Below are positions 30,466-38,434 of a stretch of DNA of 38,434 bases, piece by piece (within the stretch, counting starts at the first letter, position 1; each line of letters opens with the position of its first letter). The DNA is from Gammaproteobacteria bacterium. GTDB lineage: Bacteria > Pseudomonadota > Gammaproteobacteria > Chromatiales > Chromatiaceae. A model generated the notes under the pieces. The model had not been told where the DNA came from, made no database searches, and saw only the letters and a list, made by a program, of their open reading frames with translations. Location: positions 1 to 38,434 of the forward strand of contig VMDJ01000165.1 of NCBI GenBank assembly GCA_008080925.1, written 5' to 3'. The position numbers were made by a program, and so were the translations under genes.

Positions 30466-31938
30466 ATGAAATACAAAGATCTTCGCGATTTCATTGCGCA
30501 ACTCGAAGCGCAAGGTGAACTCAAACGCATTCAACAAGAAGTTGATCCTTATCTCGAAATGACCGAGATCTGTGATCGCGTATTACGCGCTGAAGGCCCT
30601 GCGTTGTTATTTGAAAACGTTAAGGGCTCATCAACGCCTGTGTTGGGCAATCTATTTGGCACGCCGAAGCGTGTGGCGATGGGCATGGGCGAAGACAAGG
30701 TCGAGGCACTGCGTGAGATCGGTAAGCTGCTTGCGATGCTCAAAGAGCCTAGTCCTCCGAAGGGGATGAAAGATGCCTGGAAGCAATTGCCGATGTTTAA
30801 AAAGGTGCTCGACATGGCACCGAAGAAGATTAAAAACGCGGCATGTCAGCAACATGTGATCGAAGGTGATGATGTCGATCTTAAAAATATCCCGGTGCAA
30901 ACCTGCTGGCCTGGTGATGCAGGGCCACTGATCACGTGGGGCTTAGTGATAACACGAGGTCCAGAGAAGCCTCGCCAAAACCTTGGCATCTATCGCATGC
31001 AGGTCATTGGCAAGAACCGCGTGATCATGCGTTGGTTAGCCCATCGCGGTGGCGCGCTCGATTTTCGTGATTGGCAACAGAAGCATCCTGGCGAGCCCTT
31101 TCCTATTTCAGTCGCACTAGGCGCAGACCCTGCAACTATCTTAGGCGCGGTCACCCCCGTGCCCGATACGCTCTCTGAATATGCATTTGCTGGATTGCTT
31201 CGTGGCAGTCGCACTGAACTGACCCAATGTGTTGGCAATGATCTGCAAGTGCCAGCTTCTGCGGAGTTTGTTTTAGAAGGCCATCTGCATCCCAACGATA
31301 ATGCGCCAGAAGGTCCGTTTGGTGATCACACCGGTTACTACAATGAAGTGGATGAGTTTCCTGTGTTCACGATTGATCGCATTACTCATCGTGATAAGCC
31401 GATCTATCACAGCACTTACACGGGACGCCCACCGGATGAGCCAGCCATTCTTGGCGTTGCACTAAACGAGGTCTTCGTCCCTTTATTGCAAAAACAGTTT
31501 CCAGAGATCACTGATTTCTATTTACCACCAGAAGGCTGCTCTTATCGCATGGCAGTCGTCAGCATTAAGAAACAATACCCAGGTCATGCCAAGCGCGTGA
31601 TGTTTGGCGTGTGGTCTTTCTTGCGGCAGTTTATGTACACCAAGTTTGTTGTCGTGGTTGATGACGATGTAAATACTCGCGATTGGAAAGATGTCATCTG
31701 GGCAATGACCACACGTATGGATCCTGTGCGCGATACCACGCTTGTTGAAAACACACCGATTGATTATCTCGACTTTGCTTCACCAATCTCAGGGCTCGGC
31801 GGTAAAATGGGTATGGATGCGACAAATAAAATGCCAGGAGAAACGAATCGCGAATGGGGAACACCCATTGTGATGGATGCCGAAGTTAAAGCGCGTGTTG
31901 ATGCGATGTGGGAATCGCTAGGACTCGACAAACCTTAA
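30466..31938 (+). CDS. ubiD: 4-hydroxy-3-polyprenylbenzoate decarboxylase UbiD
   Basis: 490 aa with [18 protein letters not shown] and FGDHTGYY motifs. Confidence 0.95.
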   Translation: MKYKDLRDFIAQLEAQGELKRIQQEVDPYLEMTEICDRVLRAEGPALLFENVKGSSTPVLGNLFGTPKRVAMGMGEDKVEALREIGKLLAMLKEPSPPKGMKDAWKQLPMFKKVLDMAPKKIKNAACQQHVIEGDDVDLKNIPVQTCWPGDAGPLITWGLVITRGPEKPRQNLGIYRMQVIGKNRVIMRWLAHRGGALDFRDWQQKHPGEPFPISVALGADPATILGAVTPVPDTLSEYAFAGLLRGSRTELTQCVGNDLQVPASAEFVLEGHLHPNDNAPEGPFGDHTGYYNEVDEFPVFTIDRITHRDKPIYHSTYTGRPPDEPAILGVALNEVFVPLLQKQFPEITDFYLPPEGCSYRMAVVSIKKQYPGHAKRVMFGVWSFLRQFMYTKFVVVVDDDVNTRDWKDVIWAMTTRMDPVRDTTLVENTPIDYLDFASPISGLGGKMGMDATNKMPGETNREWGTPIVMDAEVKARVDAMWESLGLDKP

Positions 31939-32789
31939 AAGCAGCTAGGCAAGCCTTCCTCTAGTGTTGGGTACTTAAACGAAACACCAAGCTCTTCAAC
32001 GAGCTTGCGATTACTCAAACGGCGCGACTCAGAAAGATACGACAGCAACCCATCTGATAATTCGGTTCGCGCTTCATCCATTGAGATAATGCGTGGTCGC
32101 TCTAAGCCGGCAAGATCAGCAACCTGATTAAAGTAGTCGGTCATATTGCCCGGCTGCCCATCGCAGGCGTTATACACAGCACCACTTTCGCCCTTTTCAG
32201 CGGCGGTTAGTAATGCGTTAACTAAATCATCGGCATGAATACGGTTCGTCCAAGGTGCATCCACTTCCGAAACCATCGGCAGTTTTTTACGTAAGCGCAT
32301 CAATGGCAATTTATCAGGGCCGTAGATGCCTGCAACACGCAAAATAATTAACTCACCGCCCGTCTGCTCACGCCATGCCTGCCATTGCTGCTCAGCTGAC
32401 CAACGGCGCTTCGCACGATCGACCTCAGGTTTAGCCGGCCATGTCTCATCAACCCATTCACCATGACAGTCGCCATACACGCCTGTCGTACTTAAATACA
32501 CCACACGCGTTGGCTGGCCGCTGTGTGCAAATCCCTCAATCAATTGACTAGTGCGGGTATCGTCTGTGCCCACAGCAGGTGGCGGCATACACACCATCAG
32601 CGTTTCATCTTGGGTGCTGTGTTGCGGCAAACTTGCCTGATCCAAATCACACTGGATGCTGTTGATACCTAATTGCTGCAACGCATGAAGGCTAGCTTCA
32701 CTGCGCACAACGCCCGTGACTGCTTGTTGATTTTGAATGAGTTGTTGGGCCATTCGCTGCCCGATATAGCCGCATCCTACGATTAACAT
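31935..32789 (-). CDS. NAD(P)-binding SDR/epimerase-family protein
   Basis: The Rossmann motif [11 protein letters not shown] sits at the chosen start, which has an AAGG Shine-Dalgarno sequence. The longer start at 32846 would leave only 18 bp to the divergent gene. Confidence 0.75.
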   Translation of the reverse strand: MLIVGCGYIGQRMAQQLIQNQQAVTGVVRSEASLHALQQLGINSIQCDLDQASLPQHSTQDETLMVCMPPPAVGTDDTRTSQLIEGFAHSGQPTRVVYLSTTGVYGDCHGEWVDETWPAKPEVDRAKRRWSAEQQWQAWREQTGGELIILRVAGIYGPDKLPLMRLRKKLPMVSEVDAPWTNRIHADDLVNALLTAAEKGESGAVYNACDGQPGNMTDYFNQVADLAGLERPRIISMDEARTELSDGLLSYLSESRRLSNRKLVEELGVSFKYPTLEEGLPSCF

Positions 32790-32864
32790 GGTCGCCTTAG
32801 GTTTTAATCCAGAGTCTTTTCTTAGAGAATGCGCAGATTCTCGCATTCTGACCTTTGAGTTTCT

Positions 32865-33881
32865 ATGAGTTTTACGATCACACTAAAGCCAAGTGGTGAG
32901 CAGTTCACCGTTAATCCCGGTGAAGCCATTTTGGATTCGGCGATCCGCCAAGGCGTTGCGATGCCTTACGGTTGTCGCAGTGGTCGCTGTGGTGCTTGTG
33001 TGGCAAACATCGTTGAAGGTGAGATCAGCTACCCCTATGGTGAGCCCATTGCCCTAGACACCACGAATCCAAATATTTGTCTGCCTTGTGCCTGTAAGCC
33101 TGAAGGTGATGTCACCCTTGAGGTAAAAACCATTGGTCAAAAGGATGAGATCAAGGTGCGTATGCTGCCTTGTCGCGTGCATCAAATCGATCACCTTGCA
33201 CACGATGTGATTCGCCTGCTGCTTAAACTGCCTGATGGCCAACGTCTGCAATTCAGAGCCGGACAGTACATTGAGTTTGTTTTAGCCGATGGCCGCCATC
33301 GTGCATTCTCTATCGCCAATGCGCCACATGACGATGCGTTTATTGAGCTACACATTCGCCACGTAGATGGTGGCAAGTTCACCGATTGGGCCTTCTCGCA
33401 AATGGAAGAAAAAGCCATCTTGCGTATCGAAGCGCCGCATGGCTCTTTTGTTCTAGATGAAAAGTCACAACGTCCCATGATCTTCATGGGTGGTGGTACT
33501 GGCTTTGCGCCATTGAAAGGTCAGATTGAACACGCCCTCCATATGGGCATCTCTCGACCTATGACACTGTATTGGGGCGTACGCTCTAAACGTGATCTGT
33601 ATTTGCCTGAATTACCAAAGACATGGGAAGCCGGCTTTGATCATTTTAAGTTTATCCCTGTGTTATCCGAACCGGATGCCGATTGGGAAGGTCGCACGGG
33701 CTATGTACACGAAGCTGTTTTAGCTGATATCAACAACCTTGCTGATCACGATATCTATATGGCGGGCCCGCCCGTTATGGTGAAGTCAGGTAGAGATGCG
33801 TTCTTAGCCGCTGGCGTATCAGATGACAATATGCACTACGACTCATTCGATTATGCAGATGACTCAAAACTGAAGAAATAA
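32865..33881 (+). CDS. 2Fe-2S ferredoxin / FAD / NAD(P)H oxidoreductase (Fre- or CDP-6-deoxy-delta-3,4-glucoseen-reductase-like)
   Basis: Plant-type cluster CRSGRCGAC...C, flavin motif RAFSIAN and NAD(P) motif GGGTGFAP. Confidence 0.85.
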   Translation: MSFTITLKPSGEQFTVNPGEAILDSAIRQGVAMPYGCRSGRCGACVANIVEGEISYPYGEPIALDTTNPNICLPCACKPEGDVTLEVKTIGQKDEIKVRMLPCRVHQIDHLAHDVIRLLLKLPDGQRLQFRAGQYIEFVLADGRHRAFSIANAPHDDAFIELHIRHVDGGKFTDWAFSQMEEKAILRIEAPHGSFVLDEKSQRPMIFMGGGTGFAPLKGQIEHALHMGISRPMTLYWGVRSKRDLYLPELPKTWEAGFDHFKFIPVLSEPDADWEGRTGYVHEAVLADINNLADHDIYMAGPPVMVKSGRDAFLAAGVSDDNMHYDSFDYADDSKLKK

Positions 33882-33907
33882 AAAAGGGCGCTAAGCGCCC
33901 TTATTTA
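33880..33907. terminator. Bidirectional Rho-independent terminator
   Basis: AAAAAA, GGGCGC (33886-33891), loop TAA, GCGCCC (33895-33900), then TTATTTA. It lies between convergent genes. Confidence 0.7.
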
Positions 33908-34561
33908 TATTCGAATACCGCCCATGCGTTTTCGCATCCGAGCATCAATCACATAAGCCCCTATAGCTATACCGACAAACAATAGGATCACTACGCTGAT
34001 TGCAGCAAACCACATCTGTTGCCAAACAGGTAAGTCCACATCTTCTTTTGCGACTTTATCTACGCTGACTGCTTCACGAATCACACTCAGTTTTTCTTTA
34101 AGCGTTTCAAGTTCGAGCTGTTGCTGTCTTGCAACCTTCAGTTCTGCCTCAACCGTTTTAAAGCTATTCAGCTTATCTTCTGCTTCTTTGAGTGCTTGTT
34201 TTAACTTAGCTTCACGCACACTGGGTAAGCTGGTTACAGCATCTTTCGCAGCAGCCAATGTCTTGCTGTTCTTTAACTGGCGTAACTCTGCTTGCACTTC
34301 GAGAAGCTTCACTTCGGCAGGCTTCTTGTCACTAACATAAGACTCATCGATCCAGCCTTCGGTTTTATCGCTCAAACGAACTTGTACGCCTTTGCCATCA
34401 CGCGACAACACTTCCAAGGGTTGCCCAGTAGTAACAACTTTGATTGGATCGCCACTTAAAGACTTGTCGCTGTACAAGCCAGCAGCAAGTTGATCAGTCA
34501 CATAAGCGGCATGTGCAACACTTAAGCAGCTAATCATGATGGCAATAAGAAATTTGGTCAT
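33905..34561 (-). CDS. SH3-domain protein with coiled coil and C-terminal membrane anchor (YgiM/TIGR04211-like)
   Basis: Signal peptide MTKFLIAIMISCLSVAHA, an SH3b-like segment, a long coiled coil, and a C-terminal transmembrane segment MWFAAISVVILLFVGIAIGAYVI. Confidence 0.8.
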   Translation of the reverse strand: MTKFLIAIMISCLSVAHAAYVTDQLAAGLYSDKSLSGDPIKVVTTGQPLEVLSRDGKGVQVRLSDKTEGWIDESYVSDKKPAEVKLLEVQAELRQLKNSKTLAAAKDAVTSLPSVREAKLKQALKEAEDKLNSFKTVEAELKVARQQQLELETLKEKLSVIREAVSVDKVAKEDVDLPVWQQMWFAAISVVILLFVGIAIGAYVIDARMRKRMGGIRI

Positions 34562-35115
34562 TGAAGGGTTCTTTGCTCTTTATTCAACCACCAACGATAC
34601 AGGCCTACCGCCGCTTCTCCAAGCTTACTCACCATATCTCGGTGAGAATCTTCATCTGGTGGGTCGAACATATCGCTTTCTTTATAGAGATTGAACGCAA
34701 AGATAATGGCTAGGAATTGATTCGATTGTGGATCATCCATCGCTTTCTGCTGGGCACTATCATCAAGCTCACCCAATCCCTCGGCATAGCCCTCACACCA
34801 ACCATAGGGAATGGGTAGATAACTGCCATCCTCACGCGGGTACTGCATGATCAATGGGCCGTAGTCGCCGGTTTCTAAATCACGCATCAGCTGGTCTTGA
34901 AACTTAACCAATAAAGGATCAATGCCATCGATATCTTCAAGATGCCCCATAATGCGTCGGCGCGCATCGGCTAATGAAATGACCTCGGGATGAGCGGCAA
35001 CTGCAGTTAAGAACCCGTGTGCCACATCCAATGGCATACTGTGTGATTCTTCGATGTGCTCAACCAATGCGCTTTGTAGCTTGTCGAGCTCTTCAGGTTC
35101 GAGGTGGTCACTCAT
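34558..35115 (-). CDS. UPF0149 family protein (YgfB/YecA N-domain-like)
   Basis: 185 aa and acidic, with HGFLTAVAAHP and WCEGYAEG motifs. There is no SEC-C tail. ATGA overlaps on both sides. Confidence 0.8.
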   Translation of the reverse strand: MSDHLEPEELDKLQSALVEHIEESHSMPLDVAHGFLTAVAAHPEVISLADARRRIMGHLEDIDGIDPLLVKFQDQLMRDLETGDYGPLIMQYPREDGSYLPIPYGWCEGYAEGLGELDDSAQQKAMDDPQSNQFLAIIFAFNLYKESDMFDPPDEDSHRDMVSKLGEAAVGLYRWWLNKEQRTLQ

Positions 35116-37142
35116 GCGGCAATACCCGAATGGCGCAACAAGGCATCCACTGATGGTTCACGACCACGGAACGCTTTAAATAACTCATCCGCATCACGTA
35201 GGCCGCCCTGCGAAATAATCTCTTTTAAGAAAGACTCACCGGTCGAGCGATTAAACACACCCTCTTCTTCAAAGCGCGAGAAAGCATCAGCGGATAACAC
35301 CTCAGCCCACTTGTAGCTGTAATACCCCGCAGCATAACCACCAGCAAAAATATGCGTGAAACCTTGTGCAAAGCGATGCCACTCAGGCGGATTAATCACC
35401 GCAACCATCTTGCGGACATCCGCAAGAATCTCTTCAACGCGTCCACCTTTGTTCGCATCGTATTCTTGATGGATACGCATATCGAATAATGAGAACTCTA
35501 ATTGACGAACCATCATCATCGCGGATTGGAAATTCTTTGCCGCCAACATGCGTTGGTACAAGTCTTCTGGGATAGGCTCATTGCTATCGACGTGGCCTGA
35601 GATTAGATCCAGTGCTTCACGCTCCCAACAATAGTTCTCCATAAATTGTGAGGGTAGCTCAACCGCATCCCATGCAACACCATTGATACCGGCAATCGCA
35701 GGATAGTCGACCTGAGTCAACATGTGATGCAGACCATGGCCAAACTCATGGAATAAGGTTTCGACTTCATCATGCGTTAACAATGCAGGCTTACCACCTA
35801 CTGGCGGCGTGAAATTACACGTCATATAAGCCACAGGAATTTGGCGATGCTTAGACGTGACTAAGCGTGACTGACAGGTGTCCATCCATGCGCCACCGCG
35901 CTTATTTTGACGTGCGTACAAATCAAAGTAGAACTGACCTAAGACCTCGCCTTGCTGATCCTTAATCTCATAGAACTTAACGTCTTTATGCCAAACATCA
36001 ACGTCACTCTTTTCAACAAACTCGACGCCATATAAACGACTGACGACCGCAAACATGCCAGGAACAACTTTTGTCTCTGGGAAGTAAGGCTTCACTTCTT
36101 CTTGGCTAACGCTGTAGCGCTGTTGACGAAGCTTTTCTGAGAAGAACGCAACATCCCACGGCTGCAAATCATCATGGCCTTGTTCTTTCGCAAACGCGCG
36201 CAACTCACTTAGCTCTTGCACTGCTTGTGGCTTAGATTGTTTTGCCAAGTCCTCTAAGAAGCTCATCACTTGCTCGGTGGAGTGCGCCATTTTTGTCGCC
36301 AATGAACGTTCAGCATAGTTATCAAAACCTAATAGCTGCGCTTTTTCATGGCGCAAGCCTAAGATCTGGTCCATCAGTTGCGTGTTATCAAACGCCGGAT
36401 CATGTGGACCTTGGTCTGATGCACGCGTGTTATACGCTTTATAAAACTCATGTCGCAGATCACGATTTTCACAATACGTCATGACAGGATAGAACGATGG
36501 GTAATCTAAGGTGAAGACATAACCTTCAAGTTCGCGTTGCTGTGCCGTTTGCTCCGCTAGTGCCAATGCAGAATCAGGCAAGCCGGCAAGCTCAGCTTTA
36601 TCACTAATCACCTTTGACCACGCATTGGTGACATCTAAAACATTTTCAGAGAACTTACTGGTGAGTTGCGATAGCGCTTGGGTAATTTCTTTATACCGCG
36701 CTTTCTTATCGTCACTCAGTGCGATGCCCGATAATTGGAAGTCGCGTAACGCGTTATCCAATACTTTACGTTGGCCTTCATCAAACGACTGATCACTGTC
36801 TGCCAGCTTTTTATACATCGCATACAAGGCTTCGTTTTGACCCATCTCTGTTGCATAGTCAGACAGCTTTGGTAAACAGGCGTTATAGGCTTCGCGTAAC
36901 GCATCGGAATTAACCACTGAGTTCATATGCGAGACCGGCGACCATGCGCGCTCTAACTCATCATCCCATTGGTCCATGGGCTCGATGAAATTCTCCCACG
37001 TCGGCCGATCAATCGATTCGAGCAACCCAGCGATACGTTCGCGATTACGTTTGAGCAGCTCATCGATAGCAGGCTCAACATGCGACGGTTCAATCGTCGA
37101 AAATTTAGGTAATCCAGAGAAATCCAATAAGGGGTTATTCAT
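35112..37142 (-). CDS. prlC: Oligopeptidase A (M3 metallopeptidase)
   Basis: MNNPLLDFSGLPKFS matches the PrlC N-terminus. Zinc motif HEFGHGLHH. The 23-codon upstream extension in the track was rejected. Confidence 0.95.
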   Translation of the reverse strand: MNNPLLDFSGLPKFSTIEPSHVEPAIDELLKRNRERIAGLLESIDRPTWENFIEPMDQWDDELERAWSPVSHMNSVVNSDALREAYNACLPKLSDYATEMGQNEALYAMYKKLADSDQSFDEGQRKVLDNALRDFQLSGIALSDDKKARYKEITQALSQLTSKFSENVLDVTNAWSKVISDKAELAGLPDSALALAEQTAQQRELEGYVFTLDYPSFYPVMTYCENRDLRHEFYKAYNTRASDQGPHDPAFDNTQLMDQILGLRHEKAQLLGFDNYAERSLATKMAHSTEQVMSFLEDLAKQSKPQAVQELSELRAFAKEQGHDDLQPWDVAFFSEKLRQQRYSVSQEEVKPYFPETKVVPGMFAVVSRLYGVEFVEKSDVDVWHKDVKFYEIKDQQGEVLGQFYFDLYARQNKRGGAWMDTCQSRLVTSKHRQIPVAYMTCNFTPPVGGKPALLTHDEVETLFHEFGHGLHHMLTQVDYPAIAGINGVAWDAVELPSQFMENYCWEREALDLISGHVDSNEPIPEDLYQRMLAAKNFQSAMMMVRQLEFSLFDMRIHQEYDANKGGRVEEILADVRKMVAVINPPEWHRFAQGFTHIFAGGYAAGYYSYKWAEVLSADAFSRFEEEGVFNRSTGESFLKEIISQGGLRDADELFKAFRGREPSVDALLRHSGIAA

Positions 37143-37267
37143 AGGTCTTCTTTTCTTGTGTTTAATCCGTGAATTTTCGCATGCCCACCGATGGAAAGCA
37201 GCGTTTGTCATGTTCTTATTCTGACCCTGACTGCTATAGTCAGTTCCACGTTATTGCTGAGGTCATC

Positions 37268-37798
37268 ATGTCAGACATCCGAACCTTTGAAGATCACGAG
37301 CCGCAGATCGCTGACACGGCTTATCTGGATAAGACCTGTACGGTCATCGGCGATGTGAAAATCTTTGCTGACAGTAGCGTTTGGCCCGGCACGGTGATTC
37401 GCGGCGATGTACACGCGATTCGTATTGGCGAGCGCAGTAACATCCAAGATCTCAGCATGCTGCACAACAGCCACGACAGCGAATACCTGCCTGGCGGCAG
37501 TCCGCTCATCATTGGAAATGATGTGACGGTTGGTCATCGTGTGATTTTGCATGGCTGCACCATTGGCAATCGTGTATTAGTTGGCATGGGCGCAATCGTG
37601 ATGGACCAAGCGGTGATTGAAGATGATGTGATTCTGGGTGCTGGCGCGCTAGTGCCGCCCGGCAAACGTTTGAAAAGCGGCCACCTCTATACCGGCAGTC
37701 CTGCTAAGCCTTCACGCGAGCTATCTGAAAAAGAGTTTGAGTATCTGAAATATTCTGCCGCGCATTATGTGCGCTTAAAGAATCGCCACATGGCTTAA
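37268..37798 (+). CDS. Gamma-carbonic-anhydrase-like left-handed beta-helix protein (YrdA-like)
   Basis: Hexapeptide repeats ([38 protein letters not shown]) and a GAGG Shine-Dalgarno sequence before ATG 37268. Confidence 0.88.
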   Translation: MSDIRTFEDHEPQIADTAYLDKTCTVIGDVKIFADSSVWPGTVIRGDVHAIRIGERSNIQDLSMLHNSHDSEYLPGGSPLIIGNDVTVGHRVILHGCTIGNRVLVGMGAIVMDQAVIEDDVILGAGALVPPGKRLKSGHLYTGSPAKPSRELSEKEFEYLKYSAAHYVRLKNRHMA

Positions 37799-38434
37799 CG
37801 CAACGCCGCAATCACAGACTCGGTATCGGGTGCAACGCCGCGCCAAATTTTAAATGCCGCTGCGGCTTGTTCGACCAACATACCTAATCCATCAAGCGCT
37901 TTTGCCGCACCATGTGCCTGCCCCCACTTCACAAATGCGGTGGGCTCGGTGCTGTACATCATGTCGTAAGTCCAGCCACCACTCGCTAAGCAATCATCCG
38001 GAATAGGTGGTACCTCTGCTGACAGACCTGCTGCGGTGCCATTGATAATCAAATCAAATTGCTGACCGGCTAACGCATCAAAACCACAGGCTGTGACCTT
38101 GTCGTTATTCGCTAGCCTGGCTAGCGCTTCTGCTTTACTCACGGTGCGGTTAGCAATGACGATCTGCGAAGGCTGTTGATCAAGCAATGGGAACAACACG
38201 CCGCGGGATGCACCCCCAGCACCAAGCAGCAAAATGCGCGCGTTAGCAAAATTAAAGAAGTGGTTACAGCCCAAGTCACTGACCAAGCCAACACCATCAG
38301 TGTTATCACCCACAATGCTGTCGCCCTCAAACCACAGCGTATTGACTGCGCCGGCTTGTTGAGCGCGCGGCTCGAGCCGATCGACCATTGCAAACGCATC
38401 TTCTTTAAACGGGACCGTGACATTCAGCCCTTTG
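37795..38434 (-). CDS. aroE: Shikimate dehydrogenase, 5' partial (N-terminus lies beyond the window)
   Basis: The reading frame is open to the window edge and reads [14 protein letters not shown] there. NADP motif [11 protein letters not shown] is present. Confidence 0.9.
   Translation of the reverse strand, partial: KGLNVTVPFKEDAFAMVDRLEPRAQQAGAVNTLWFEGDSIVGDNTDGVGLVSDLGCNHFFNFANARILLLGAGGASRGVLFPLLDQQPSQIVIANRTVSKAEALARLANNDKVTACGFDALAGQQFDLIINGTAAGLSAEVPPIPDDCLASGGWTYDMMYSTEPTAFVKWGQAHGAAKALDGLGMLVEQAAAAFKIWRGVAPDTESVIAALR

Overview
This window looks like an ordinary, densely packed core-genome segment of a Gammaproteobacterium with mid-range GC by eye. I saw no transposase, integrase, phage gene, tRNA, rRNA, CRISPR array or recognisable defence gene on either strand.

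Gene order:
- 1-4150: a DsrE-like protein (5' partial at the window edge), then a PfkB kinase on the minus strand, then a small secreted Ala-rich protein, a GtrA-like protein, ppa, moaC and engB.
- 4147-19441: a roughly 15 kb minus-strand block. In transcription order it is def, fmt, rsmB, DUF4390, an NtrY-like kinase, an NtrX-like regulator, ybaK, trkA, trkH, a Prx5-Grx hybrid, gor and polA.
- 19602-25703: a divergent plus-strand block of a LysM (TsaP-like) protein, dprA, smg, topA, tsaC and hemF.
- 25700-38434: a thioredoxin, hemCDXY, ubiD, an SDR, a Fre-like ferredoxin reductase, an SH3-anchor protein, a UPF0149 protein, prlC, a gamma-carbonic-anhydrase-like protein, and aroE (5' partial at the window end).

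Packing is very tight. There are many 4-nt ATGA start/stop overlaps, and four convergent gene pairs share a TTAA stop/stop overlap.

I cannot point to a clearly novel system. The best candidate for under-described biology is the translationally coupled DUF4390 / NtrY-like / NtrX-like / YbaK module. Its regulator has a visibly degenerate AAA+ domain with no GAFTGA loop and a Walker A Lys-to-Arg change. The other observations are modest: a short TsaP-like protein, a Prx-Grx plus gor operon behind an AT-rich ATAG/CTAT region, a hairpin over the polA ribosome-binding site, an orphan gtrA abutting a terminator, and prlC-UPF0149-SH3 coupling.

All functional calls rest on my recognition of motifs in the supplied translations. 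No database search was run.
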